Part shown: positions 49,534 to 60,934 of the stretch, one piece after another
Position numbering within the stretch: the stretch's first letter is position 1
How the letters are laid out: the number at the start of each line of letters is the position of its first letter
Source of the DNA: an uncultured Gammaproteobacteria bacterium
Lineage (GTDB): Bacteria > Pseudomonadota > Gammaproteobacteria > Nevskiales > Salinisphaeraceae
NCBI GenBank assembly: GCA_963835375.1
Contig: CAWIGB010000015.1
Coordinates: 157,750 to 221,749, forward strand
DNA: 64,000 nt
Direction of reading: 5' to 3'
Program-made: the position numbers and the translations under genes
The notes under the pieces: model-generated
Database searches by the model: none
What the model saw: the letters and a program-made list of their open reading frames with translations, nothing else
What the model was told of the DNA's origin: nothing

Positions 49534-50074
49534 GCCGCCCAGATAGGCGTCGTCGATCTCGACCCGACCGCCCAGCTGCCGGCGCGATTCACGCTCGGCC
49601 ATGGTATGCAGAATCTTGTGCTTGATCCGCCATGCGGCGCTATAGCCCACGCCCAGATGACGCATCAGTTCCAGCGCCGAGACGTTGTTCTTGGCCTGGG
49701 TCAGCAAATGCATGGCCAGAAACCAGACCGTCAGCGGCAACTTCGTGGATGCGAAGATCGTACCGGCGGTGGCCGTGGTCTGATGCCGGCAGCGCCGGCA
49801 TTGCCAGTGGGTGCGTCCGGCCCGTTCGAACGTCGTGTGCAGATGACAACGACACGCCGGGCATACGAAACCTTGCGGCCAGCGCAATTCGATCAACGCA
49901 GCTTCGCATTGGGCTTCGGTGCCGTAACGTTGGATGAACTCGGCCATGGACAAGCCGGGTTGGAATTGAACCCGATTCATCGCCATAACGACGCTCCATG
50001 TGTCTGTTATGGCTTTATTATCCGGAGTCGGTGGGTCATATCGTGACCCCGCTGAGTTTGCGAACTAATCAAGA
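49534..50074 (-). mobile_element. IS1595-family 5' fragment with left end, truncated by IS3
   Basis: MAMNRVQFQPGLS, zinc ribbon, VEIDDAYLGG cut at the IS3 end; terminal repeat at 50051..50074. Confidence 0.88.
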
Positions 50075-50200
50075 ATTTCTTTGGCCCTTGCCCGCCGTTT
50101 TCCTTCTGACGTCGCGGTTAGTGAACCGTATAATAGCGGTAACGCCATTGTGGGTCTTATTCTCCGAATGGTGAATTAGCGCGTATTGACGGCTAATTGA

Positions 50201-51039
50201 TCAAGCGTCTTCCTCGGCCCTGCGCCATTGCATTTCCATGCGAGCCCGGTGCAGGAATTCGATGGAGAAAGCGGTAAATACTCCAAGCACGATGCCAGCC
50301 AACAAACCCAATACGACCATCAGCTTCACGTTTGGGGACGTCCGTTTGGCGGGCAAGTTCGGTTTTTGGATCAATTCGGTAGGTATTGACTGCGGCGGCG
50401 TCATACTCTGCTGAACATTGGCGATATGCGTTTGGATTTCTCCGATCTGCTGTAGCAGGTCGACGCGGCTGGCGGTGAGCGTGGACGCGGTCTTCTGGCC
50501 GCTATTGGCCGCCTTGGCGAGTTGCTGGTTGATCGACTGGAGCTCTCCCAGTTGTCCATTTAGACTGGCTTTATAGCTTCTAGATCTGCTCATGGCCTGA
50601 TCGAAGCGCTGTTGGAGGTCATTCTGAATATTCCGCAGCGCGCTTGCGAGAAAACCCTGAGCTTGCTTTGGACTGTGCCCTTGTGCGGCGACGGTGACTA
50701 GGGCGCCGTTCCCGCTCGGCTCGACATCAGTCACATGAGGTGCAGATCTCAACTTGCTTGCCAGCACGTCGGGTGATTCCAGCAACGTGGTCTGGCCCGA
50801 GCCGTTCACATTCGCAATCTGTCCGATGCGGATTACAGCGCGACTTTGGTAGAGCGAGGGCGTAAGCATCAGGAGTGCGACCACGACGGACATGACTACG
50901 AGCAACGTACCCACGAACCACCAGCGCCTGCGCACGAGCACGAGCCATAGATCGATCACGCTGATTTCGTCCGACTCGGGTAGCGTTGTGTATCCGCGGA
51001 CTGGGGCGATTTTTCGATCTCGCGCGTATTCGTGTTCAT
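50201..51039 (-). CDS. wzz: Wzz-type chain-length determinant
   Basis: DEISVIDLWLVLVRRRW, two TM, SP...GLLAGIVLG. Confidence 0.75.
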
Positions 51040-51946
51040 AGTCACATTCGTCGAGTTTCTGGTTTGGATGCTCTTGCGAGTCACGCCTTCGGTTGCTGCG
51101 GTAAAGCAGCCCGTGAAAGTGAAATTGGCTTCGGTCGATCGCGGTCCTGTGCGCGGACAGCAGATCGTGCTGGCATGTATGAGTAGGCCCGGGCAGCCTT
51201 ACTAAAGCGTTTGTGAACGTTCGGTCTTCACTGGGTTGCTCCAACACGCGCGCCTCGTCAAGGGATGATTATGACTGATCGGAGGACCTGGCATGCTCGA
51301 TTGTCCAGCCGAGGAGAGCCCGAGCGAGCTTTTGGATGTAGCTTATCGCGAGACCGGATTGTAGAGGCTCGCCTTTCATCAGTCGATGTCCGGTGTTGTC
51401 TCGAGGCATGACTGCGCAGAAGCCTTGCTCCAGGGACGCAGCTACGCCCGAAGTGTAAAGGCCTGGGGCTGACCGTCGGTCTGCGGTCCCGCCGATCACC
51501 GGCAATGTTATCGGCAGGTTAGCGGTCGCGCTTTATTTTTATGCTAACTTCCCAGCCCGTTTTCGTATGTGGAAGGGCATCCGAAATGCCGTAGCTTGGA
51601 CTAACCGTAACAACAGGCCGTGGGCTGATGCGCAGGTGCCCGGGACTGTTGGTAACACTATCGGCGCGGAGGCGATACCTGCGTACGCGCGCGAGTACAT
51701 CTGGGAGAGGTCGCCGCGAGCGCGCCGATTCCATACCGTGCAATGCGCGGCCATTTCTCGCTCGACCTCCGGGGATGTCCAGGCAATAAAGCGTTGCCGT
51801 TCCTCCCGCGAATTGACGATTTGAAGGCACGCCATGCGCAGCTGATTTGAGAGTATTCTCGATAATGTAACGGCGCCTTGGATGCGCTCGAGATAGACGG
51901 CATCGTGTCTTCAACTGGCCAGAGCAAATAACAACCGCGTGTGAAT

Positions 51947-53382
51947 ATGAGTCGAACGGGTCTTAGACGTCGGGTTCAACGGCGCAAACCGGCTCTGGAA
52001 TACGGCGTCATGTCCCAGTGGCTTTACGTGTTGATGGATATCGTGGCCATCGTGGGCAGCGGCTATCTGGCGTATTTCGCCTATTTTTCGACTGTCGCGA
52101 TGCCACCGCATTATCAGAACGCTATCGCACTTGCGGCAATGGCTTGCCTTGTCATTTTTCCGCAGTTCGGGCTCTATCGGGATCGGATCGGTAGCCGCTC
52201 TGTCGAGAGATGGAAGCGATTGATTCGGGCGTGGGGATATGTCGCTTTTTCACTCGTTGTGCTCGCATTTCTGCTCAAGGCGAGCCACAAATACTCGCGC
52301 GTCTGGTTCGGTTACTGGGTCTTGCTCGGGGGCGTGGGTCTGATTGGCCTGCGCGCGATTTGTAAAGTGCTGATGACCCGTTTGCTCGAAAAGCGGGATG
52401 GTGCATGCCGCGTCGTGCTGGTGGGCCGCGGGCCATTGATCGAAACGGTGGTCCAAAACGCACAACGCTGTGGTGGATTTCGCCTGTGCCGGGCGGTGAG
52501 ACAACCTGCGGCGGCGGCAGACGCGTCCTCCACGTTGGCGGGCGTTCCAGTCCTGCCGGCTCACTTGTCGCTAGCGGAGTTCGTGCTGCGGGGCGACATC
52601 GACGAAGTGTGGTTCTGTCTTTCGTTGCAGGACGAAGCGATACTGACCGCGATGCAACGCGAATTGCGTCATACGATGGTGGCTCAGCGTTTCATTCCGG
52701 ACACGCGCGCGCTGACTCTCCTCCGGCACCGGATGATGGAGGTGGTTGGATTGCCGGCATTGAACTTGGCCGACACGCCGATGAGCGGCCTGAATCGTTT
52801 GCTGAAAGCAGTCGAAGATCGCGCGCTTTCGGCGATTATCCTGATACTGATAAGCCCGTTAATGCTCGCCATCGCTGCTGGGGTCAAGCTGAGTTCTCCG
52901 GGGCCGGTTTTTTTAAACAAATGCGTCATGGGTGGGATGGAAGAGAAATAGAAGTATGGAAGTTCCGGACTATGGTTGTTCATAAAGAGTCTGAGTGGAC
53001 TTTGACACAAGCTCGGAAAGAGGATCCCCGAGTTACTAAGTTCGGAAGCTTCTTGAGGAAAACTAGCCTTGATGAGTTGCCTCAGTTTATACATGTTTTA
53101 CAAGGGCGTATGTCTATAGTTGGTCCTAGGCCGCATGCATTGGCACATAATGCGGAGTATCGAGATCAGGTCAATAGCTATATGTGGCGCCACCGGGTAA
53201 AGCCTGGTATCACTGGCTGGGCGCAGGTTAACGGGTACCGTGGAGAAACCGACACAGTTGATAAGATGGCGAAAAGGGTTCAATACGATCTTTATTACAT
53301 TGAACATTGGTCGCTTTGGTTCGATTTCAAAATCATCCTACTGACGGTTTTCCGTGGATTTATGCACGACAATGCCTATTGA
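51947..53382 (+). CDS. wcaJ: Undecaprenyl-phosphate glucose phosphotransferase (frameshift ~52910)
   Basis: SRVWF, KFRTM, RKTSLDELPQF, VGPRPHA, KPGITGWAQVNGYRGET. Confidence 0.9.
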
Positions 53383-53800
53383 GTGTTGTCATGTTTCACA
53401 CGGTTTTCGGTCGCCGTTTTAGAAAACGGTCGAGACACGAAACGTCGACCTCGACTTGGTCGCGGACGTCTACCGCTTGAATCTGACCGGCACGGGTAAT
53501 CTCCCGAAAAACAATGCGAGTCAGGTGCATGGCCAATTTCGTCATTACCGCCGACCGCACCCGCGGTGGCCGCATGCGCTTTGCAATGGCCTGGCATCGA
53601 TCATCAGCCGATTCGAAATCAGGCTCGTCGATCAATGCCTCGAGCAGGGCTCCCCAGATCCCGCCAAGGGCAAAAGCATCGTCCAGTCCCCGTAGGTCGG
53701 CGGCAAATCACGCTGAGGTGGATCCTGTGAGCTGGGCAGCCCACAGTGATTTTTAAGGTTCATCGCGGATTGGCGGGAAGAGTGGTAAGGAAGCGGCGAC

Positions 53801-53990
53801 GGTTCGCCGATAGAGTTGGGGTTATCACGCCAACCAACTCGCGAAGGCCACCATGTCCGAGGCTAATCCGCTTTGTCTGTTCTGGGAAGGTTTCGAGCTT
53901 TCCGGCTGGTCCGGATATGTGGATGGCAGGCTGCTGTTTCGCCCTTCGTTGGCCCGTGCCGGCGTGATTCCGTCGGATGATGCCTTGCGG
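53801..53990 (+). mobile_element. ISL3-family left end with transposase N-terminal stub
   Basis: GGTTCGCCGATAGAGTTGGGGTTATCAC end, followed by MSEANPLCLFWEGF. Confidence 0.55.
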
Positions 53991-54010
53991 CCCACGAAGC
54001 CCGAGCCTGG

Positions 54011-55015
54011 TTAGCCGTAGTACGCGCGATACCACTCGACGAATTTCTGGATGCCTTCGTCGACGGTGGTCTGCGGCTGGTATCCGACCGCCTGGAAAAG
54101 GCCGTCGACGCTGGCGTGGGTGGCTTCGATGTCGCCAGCCTGCATGGGCAGCATTTCTTTTTCGGCGGTGACGCCCAGGCATTCCTCGAGGCGGTTGATG
54201 TAGTCCATCAACGGCACGGGGTTGCCGTTACCGATGTTGTAGATCCGCCAGGGCGCGGGGCTGCTGTCGACGCGGGGGGCATCGCTGTTCCATTGGTCGT
54301 CCGGCGTGGCGGTCTTGTACAGGACCCGGACAATGCCTTCGGCGATATCGCCAACGAAGGTGAAGTCTCGCCGGTGTTGGCCGTGGTTGAACACCGGGAT
54401 GGGTTCGCCGGCCAGCATCTTCTTCGTGAATAGGAACAGCGCCATGTCCGGCCGGCCCCAGGGGCCGTATACGGTGAAGAAGCGCAGGCCGGTTGTGGGC
54501 ACGCCGTATAGATGGGAGTAGGAGTGCGCCATCAATTCCGTGGCGCGTTTCGATGCCGCGTAGATCGCGAGCGGGTGATCGGCGTCGCCGCTGGGCGAGA
54601 AGGGCATGTCGGTGGAGGCGCCGTAGACCGAGCTGGTGGAGGCATATACCAGGTGGGCGACGTTGTTGTACCGGCAGCCTTCCAGAACATTGAGCGTGCC
54701 GGTGACGTTCGAATCGATGTAGTCGTGGGGATGGTCGAGGGAATGACGCACGCCGGCCTGCGCGGCCAGATGGACGACGCGCTCGAAGCCGCGCTCGGCG
54801 AACAAGGCGGGCATGGCCTCGCGGTCGGCGATGTTCAGCTCGATCTGTTCGAACCCCGGGTTCTTTTCGAGCATGGCCACTCGGGCGCGCTTGAGCGCGA
54901 CGTCGTAATACGGGTCGAAGTTGTCGACGCCTACGACGTTTTCGCCTCGATCCAGCAGTCGCTGGGCGACGTGAAAGCCGATGAAGCCTGCGCTGCCGGT
55001 GACGAGAATGCTCAT
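54011..55015 (-). CDS. NAD-dependent epimerase (UDP-glucuronate 4-epimerase-like)
   Basis: TGSAGFIG, HLAAQAGVR, YAASK, FFTVYGPWGRPDMA. Confidence 0.92.
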   Translation of the reverse strand: MSILVTGSAGFIGFHVAQRLLDRGENVVGVDNFDPYYDVALKRARVAMLEKNPGFEQIELNIADREAMPALFAERGFERVVHLAAQAGVRHSLDHPHDYIDSNVTGTLNVLEGCRYNNVAHLVYASTSSVYGASTDMPFSPSGDADHPLAIYAASKRATELMAHSYSHLYGVPTTGLRFFTVYGPWGRPDMALFLFTKKMLAGEPIPVFNHGQHRRDFTFVGDIAEGIVRVLYKTATPDDQWNSDAPRVDSSPAPWRIYNIGNGNPVPLMDYINRLEECLGVTAEKEMLPMQAGDIEATHASVDGLFQAVGYQPQTTVDEGIQKFVEWYRAYYG

Positions 55016-55225
55016 GAACGATCCAGTGGTGACGCGGATGGGGCAGAGCGGATTATACCGGGCGTGACCGGCGTGGCCGAAGCCGAAAGGGTCTCTAAGC
55101 GGTTTCCCGGCGAGCGGTGTTCATTTACGGCCCGCCGTGCGCGGACGAGTTTCGGTATCATTGGCGGGATTGGGCCTCGGATCGCGCGTTCCGGCCCGCC
55201 ACGGTTCCAGATGAAGAGGTGGGGA

Positions 55226-56512
55226 GTGTCGAATACAGATGCGCCGGCAAGCAATCAGCTTGCGGTTCTCGGGTTGGGCTATGTCGGCCTGCCACTTGCG
55301 GTTGCGTTCGGGCAGCACCAGCCGACGCTCGGTTTTGATATCGATGCCAAACGAATCGAGCAGTTGCAAAACGGCTATGACTTCACGCGCGAAGTCTCGC
55401 GCGAGCGGCTCGAGGCGCTGGGGGATCTGTCGTTCTCGGCCGACCCGGCCGATCTGGCGCGTGCGAACATCTATGTGGTGACGGTGCCAACCCCGGTGAC
55501 CGATGCGAAGGTTCCGGATTTCGGCCCGCTGGAATCCGCGTCGCGCGCGCTCGCGCCTTATCTGTCGCGCGGCGATATCGTGGTGTACGAATCGACGGTG
55601 TACCCGGGGGCGACTGAAGAACGCTGCGTGCCGATTCTCGCCGCCGGCTCGGGGCTGACGTACAACGAGGATTTCTTCGTCGGGTACAGCCCGGAGCGGG
55701 CGAACCCCGGCGACGCGGCGCATGGCCTGGCGAATATCGTGAAGGTGGTGTCCGGTTCCACGCCGGAGACGGCCGACCGGCTGGTGGCGCTGTATGAGCA
55801 GGTCGTGCCCGCCGGCGTGCACCGGGCCTCGTCCATCACGGTGGCCGAAGCCGCGAAGGTGATCGAGAACGTCCAGCGCGATATCAACGTGGCGCTGGTC
55901 AACGAGCTCTCCAAGATCTTTGGGCGCTTGGACATCGATACCCAGGAAGTCCTCGAGGCCGCGGGTACCAAATGGAACTTCCTGCCGTTCCGGCCCGGAC
56001 TCGTCGGCGGGCACTGTATCGGCGTGGATCCGTACTACCTCACCTACAAGGCGCAGGCGGTGGGCTACCACCCGGATATCATCCTCGCCGGCCGGCGTAT
56101 CAACGACGGCATGGGTCGTTACATCACGCACGAAGTCGTGCGCCTGATGCTGCGGCGGAAAATCCAGGTGAACGGATCGCGCGTGCTCATCATGGGGCTG
56201 ACGTTCAAGGAGAACTGCCCGGATATCCGCAACACGCGGGTGGTGGATATCGTGCGCGAAATGCAGGCCATGGATGTGACCGTCGATGTATACGACCCGT
56301 GGGCCGATCCGGCGAATGTCGCGCATGAATACGGGCTGACGCCGGTCGAGGCGCCAGAGCCGGGTACCTACGATGCAGCGATCGTGGCCGTGGCACACCG
56401 GGACTTCCGCGAGGCCGGCATCGATACGGTGCGCGGTTATTGCAAGCCGGCGCATATCGTCTACGACGTGAAGTATGCGTTTGCGGCCGACGAAGTCGAC
56501 GGGCGGCTTTAG
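55226..56512 (+). CDS. UDP-N-acetylhexosamine dehydrogenase, TviB/WbpO-like
   Basis: GLGYVGLPLA, YESTVYPG, GYSPER, GGHCIGVDPYYL, FKENCPDIRN. Confidence 0.92.
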   Translation: MSNTDAPASNQLAVLGLGYVGLPLAVAFGQHQPTLGFDIDAKRIEQLQNGYDFTREVSRERLEALGDLSFSADPADLARANIYVVTVPTPVTDAKVPDFGPLESASRALAPYLSRGDIVVYESTVYPGATEERCVPILAAGSGLTYNEDFFVGYSPERANPGDAAHGLANIVKVVSGSTPETADRLVALYEQVVPAGVHRASSITVAEAAKVIENVQRDINVALVNELSKIFGRLDIDTQEVLEAAGTKWNFLPFRPGLVGGHCIGVDPYYLTYKAQAVGYHPDIILAGRRINDGMGRYITHEVVRLMLRRKIQVNGSRVLIMGLTFKENCPDIRNTRVVDIVREMQAMDVTVDVYDPWADPANVAHEYGLTPVEAPEPGTYDAAIVAVAHRDFREAGIDTVRGYCKPAHIVYDVKYAFAADEVDGRL

Positions 56513-56523
56513 CTAGTTCTCGA

Positions 56524-57229
56524 TGTCGGCTTACGGCCTTCGGCCTAAGCCGACCTACGTGGCTATCGCGCACGGTGGCGAGGCCTGCGTAGGTCGGATT
56601 AGCGCAGCGTAATCCGACAGGTCCGGCTCGTCATCGGCCAAGCCCTCAGGTATTTTTGCCCGCCGGGTTCTCGATGTCGGCTTACGGCCTTCGGCCTAAG
56701 CCGACCTACGTGGCTGTCGCGCACGGTGGCGAGGCCTGCGTAGGTCGGATTAGCGCAGCGTAATCCGACAGGTCCGGCTCGTCATCGGCCAAGCCCCTCA
56801 GGTATTTTTTGCCCGCCGGGTTCTCGATGTCGGCTTACGGCCTTCGGCCTAAGCCGACCTACGTGGCTGTCGCGCACGGTGGCGAGGCCTGCGTAGGTCG
56901 GATTAGCGCAGCGTAATCCGACAGGTCCGGCTCGTCATCGGCCAAGCCTCTCAGGTATTTTTTGCCCGCCGGGTTCTCGATGTCGGCTTACGGCCTTCGG
57001 CCTAAGCCGACCTACGTGGCTGTCGCGCACGGTGGCGAGGCCTGCGTAGGTCGGATTAGCGCAGCGTAATCCGACAGGTCCGGCTCGTCATCGGCCAAGC
57101 CTCTCAGGTATTTTTTGCCCGCCGGGTTCTCGATGTCGGCTTACGGCCTTCGGCCTAAGCCGACCTACGTGGCTGTCGCGCACGGTGGCGAGGCCTGCGT
57201 AGGTCGGATTAGCGCAGCGTAATCCGACA
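56524..57229. repeat. Tandem REP-doublet array, five units of ~151-155 bp, between convergent genes
   Basis: TGTCGGCTTACGGCCTTCGGCCTAAGCCGACCTAC plus GTAGGTCGGATTAGCGCAGCGTAATCCGACA, repeated five times. Confidence 0.95.
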
Positions 57230-57244
57230 GGGTGCCAGTCCGAG

Positions 57245-58069
57245 CTACAGTCCAGGGTCGCCTGGCGCGGTAACGAACGGCGGCTGGGTTTTGAGTAACG
57301 GGCGAAGGCGGGCATACGTGAGGAATGCCGTGGGTTCGCCGAGCGCGTACGGCGCGATCTCGTAGGGCTGATACGTAAACCGCAGGCCGGTCGGCTGGAT
57401 CAGAACGTTGTCGGTCACCGGGACCCGGTCGTTGTAGAAGCCGGCCGCGCTGAGTGGCTGGCCTCTGGCGAGCTGGTATTGCTGGCGAAGCTGCTCTTCG
57501 ATGAGGGCTCTCAGATCGGCGCCGTTCGGCTCGGTAACCAGTGCGCCGAGCGTGATCAGGCTGGCGTCGGCGACGCGCAGATTGCGATAGACCCGGTAGC
57601 TGGCGCCGTGTGGCCCCCCGTTATAAACGCTGCCGGCGAGAACCAGGCCCAGAATGCCGTGGGCGTTCGTCGCCACCGATACGTGCGCGCGCATGCCGCA
57701 GACGCTTTGTGGGCTCGGGGTGCCCGGTATGCCACGGCACTCGTCTCGCATCGCCGCCATGCACTGGGCGGCCGAGCGTGTGGGCGCCACATCGCCGTTG
57801 TCGGTGTCCGGCAATGGGCAGGTCCGCCCGATCCAGATCTGAATGGCGTTATTAAGCGCCCGCGCGTTCGGGGAATCCGGCGTGATGACCGGATAAGTCA
57901 GCTGCAATGCGCCGTGGTTGGACGAGAGCGTCGCCGGGCGGGCCCGGATAGGGCCCGGTGGATCGCCGCTCGACCCCGGTCGTCTGGCCGGAGCACAACC
58001 GGCAAGGCACAAAGCCCCCAACAGCAGGATAAGCACGGGCCCAGCGCTTCGATATGGTGGCTGGCGCAT
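57245..58069 (-). CDS. DUF3298/RsiV-like lipoprotein
   Basis: Lipobox LAGC, YNGGPHG, F.YQPYEIAPYALG.P. Confidence 0.8.
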   Translation of the reverse strand: MRQPPYRSAGPVLILLLGALCLAGCAPARRPGSSGDPPGPIRARPATLSSNHGALQLTYPVITPDSPNARALNNAIQIWIGRTCPLPDTDNGDVAPTRSAAQCMAAMRDECRGIPGTPSPQSVCGMRAHVSVATNAHGILGLVLAGSVYNGGPHGASYRVYRNLRVADASLITLGALVTEPNGADLRALIEEQLRQQYQLARGQPLSAAGFYNDRVPVTDNVLIQPTGLRFTYQPYEIAPYALGEPTAFLTYARLRPLLKTQPPFVTAPGDPGL

Positions 58070-58082
58070 ACGTCACTCTGCC

Positions 58083-58731
58083 TCAGAATGCGAGGAGCAC
58101 GCCCATGCCGACCGCCATGTTATCGCGAAGGCCGTTGCTGCCTTGGCGCAGCCGATCCTCCTTTATCGCCAGCCCGCCTTGCACGCCCACCGTCTTGTTG
58201 AGCCAGTTTCGCGCCATGAATCCACGCAGGCCATTATTACGGTTGAACAAATGCGTATCCCGAGCCAGCGCGGTATTTTCATACCGGATGTTGGGATCGA
58301 GATTGATCGCCAAGGGATCGATGAGCGGCCCGCGCGCCGTCTGAATGGTCGCAAGACGCGACGAACGGTTGTGGCCGATCGGCCCGACGTCGCGTGGCGT
58401 ATTCGCGGGAAGCTTGAGATTAAGCGGCGGCGCCACGGTTGCGCGCGTAATGGTGATGTTCGCGTAGTAGTGATGGGCGTGCTTCGATGGCGCCAGGGCG
58501 TCCATCGGCGACCATTTCAGCTGGAGATTGGCCCGGGTTGGCAACAGCCGCAGCACCGGAGTGTAGGCTTTGGCGGAATGCCTGTGTCCCGCCGAAGCGG
58601 TCGTCGTGTGCCCTGCCCGGTGGGTTGCCGCGTTGTCATGGCCACTCAACCCAAAAACACACAGGCCGATGGCGGCCACGCCGGCAACGCCGGCCACAGC
58701 AGAACATGTAAAGACTGTGCGCGAATTCATG
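58083..58731 (-). CDS. Hypothetical exported protein
   Basis: N-terminal hydrophobic segment and beta-strand-like C-terminus ending in F. Confidence 0.45.
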
Positions 58732-59174
58732 GCGCGGCACATGTGAATCGGCCAATACGCTATCCTCGTTGAAATGCCGGCGAATTTCAATAATTATCGC
58801 TTCAGCCGCCCGCCCGGCTGGGTCGGGCGTCATTCTCAAGTATCAGCTATGGCGCCACGCAGGGCATGCAGGCGAAGGCGCCGGAGACGTGCGTGGAAGC
58901 GTCGACCTGGGTAGATTCGTGGCGGGCGAATATTAACGAATACGCGGTGACGCGGAGCGGGCCGCGTGTGCGAACCGGCGAGCTTGCGGTGGGACCAGAG
59001 TCGAGGCTCGTAGGCGTTGCGCCGGTAGATACTGTTTATTGTTGCACGGCGCCGGGGCCGATGAGTGCAGCGCCGGCCAATCGTCCCATAGGCCGGATCA
59101 GCCCAGGGCGTACCCCGCCAGCGCCAGGCACGGCTGGTGGGATCACCCGCGGGCGATACCGTATCCATGCGCTG

Positions 59175-60668
59175 TTATTTTGCCGCGGTGGCCGGGCGAG
59201 AGCTGGTGTCCCGGCGGGGCTTGTCTGGCGGCGCCGGGGGACGTACAAGGCCCGTCAAGGTCCCATCGGACCAGTAGCGCGGCTGATACGTGTTGCGTAA
59301 GCGAACAATATTGGTGGGCGCCGGGTCGCGAACACGCCTGTAGTCATCTTGCACGGTAAAAACGCTGATATAGCCAGAAGCCAGCAGCATCGGCCCGAGC
59401 AGCGCCACATTCTTTAACCTTTCCAGGCGAGTTTTATCGGGTGGGGCGATTTCTCGACGGTGAGCGAAAGCAATGCCGCCAGCCAGCGCGGTGACCGTCA
59501 CGAGAAGGAACTGGCTTGCGGGCATGTCGATCACGCCGCTTACCAGAGCGTGGATACCACCGGCCAGCAGGGACGCGGTCGTCGCCACGATCAAGGCCGG
59601 GTGCGGGCCGCCGCGTTGCCTCTTCAGGATTTTTCTCGCGAGGCGTAGCCAGGCGAAGATGAGGTAGCCGATGCCGGCAACGAACAAGACGGCCGCCGGC
59701 ACCCCCCATTCCACGGCCCACTGTAATATGGCGTCGTGCGGATGCGATGCCAGCCCGGTATCGATCGCGGCGTATTGCATGGGGCCGATGCCAAGCCACG
59801 GCGCGGCCACGATGTGGCGCCATGCGATCAGCCAGAGGTATGCTCGGCCGTTTAAGGCGGTGTCCGCCATATGCGCGTTCGTCGCGCTTTCGGGGCTGTA
59901 TATCGCCAGGCTGATCACAAGCCCCGTGGTTGCGCACGCCAGCATCCATCCAGCATGTCGTCGGCCGGCCGCTCCGAACGAGATGGCCACGACGGTGGTT
60001 GCGATAAGCGTGGCGTATTCGGTGCCCCGCCCGCCGCTATGCCAGAACAATGCCCAGAAGAACGCAGCGATCGTGAAGACGAATGCTCGCCAGAATGAGT
60101 CACGGATGGCGACAAACGGCGAACCCGTAACGAGAGCTGCGGCCAGGAACGGCAGCGTCCACGTCTGATACTGATTGAAAAAACGGATATTGGCGAAATT
60201 GGCGGTAAGCAGCGGAGCCCGAAATGACATGCCGCTGATCAACGAGGCATAGATGGCGATCACCACCGTGAAACAGCACAAGGCGACCGAAATCGTGATC
60301 GCAGTGGCGACCGAGGCAGGCGTAATGGTCGATGAACGCGCAAGTTCATGCGCGAGAGCAATCGCCGTAATGGCCAGCATGAAGGTATAAGCCACCTCGA
60401 GCGACGCCCATTGGAACGAGGCGCTCCGCGCGGCCGAGAGCAGCCCGAGCGCGGCAATGGCGAGCAGGGCGCCAACGCCGGCTGTGCCCATGGGCAATCG
60501 GCTTCGTTGAATGACCGCCCACAGCCCAATCAGCGAGAGCAGCGCGGTCAGCAGCAACCGGCGGGAATCGAACCCGCCGAGTACGGGAACCGCCGCCAAC
60601 CCGATCAGCCACAAGCTCCATATGATCGACGGTGCCCAGCTGTAGCGAATATTCTGTTCGACCGTCAT
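59175..60668 (-). CDS. O-oligosaccharyltransferase / pilin glycosylation ligase (PglL/TfpO-like, Wzy_C)
   Basis: FANIRFFNQYQTW, PWLGIGP, HPHD; downstream of pilA on the same strand. Confidence 0.8.
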   Translation of the reverse strand: MTVEQNIRYSWAPSIIWSLWLIGLAAVPVLGGFDSRRLLLTALLSLIGLWAVIQRSRLPMGTAGVGALLAIAALGLLSAARSASFQWASLEVAYTFMLAITAIALAHELARSSTITPASVATAITISVALCCFTVVIAIYASLISGMSFRAPLLTANFANIRFFNQYQTWTLPFLAAALVTGSPFVAIRDSFWRAFVFTIAAFFWALFWHSGGRGTEYATLIATTVVAISFGAAGRRHAGWMLACATTGLVISLAIYSPESATNAHMADTALNGRAYLWLIAWRHIVAAPWLGIGPMQYAAIDTGLASHPHDAILQWAVEWGVPAAVLFVAGIGYLIFAWLRLARKILKRQRGGPHPALIVATTASLLAGGIHALVSGVIDMPASQFLLVTVTALAGGIAFAHRREIAPPDKTRLERLKNVALLGPMLLASGYISVFTVQDDYRRVRDPAPTNIVRLRNTYQPRYWSDGTLTGLVRPPAPPDKPRRDTSSRPATAAK

Positions 60669-60934
60669 GTCATGGTGCTGCCAGTTGCCGAGCAGGTTGG
60701 ATCGGGCAGGTGGGGCAAAGGCATAGGCTGATGACCTGGGCCCGCCGATAATCGACTGGCGGCGAAGAAGTAGCCTGAAATTGGTCATAGTCCACGATAA
60801 TGGCGTCAGGGATAACCAATAAGGGGTCAGACACAATAAGTAACCAACGAGGCACCACAAGGCAGGCGCGGCCGGGCACGCCCGAGGGCGAAAAGGGCGG
60901 GATGCTTGGGCTGCATGGCCACGTCGTTGCGATT

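Noticed and set aside
51250-51940. Short ORFs between wzz and wcaJ
   Set aside because: No recognisable motifs; cannot be separated from a divergent promoter region or decayed DNA.
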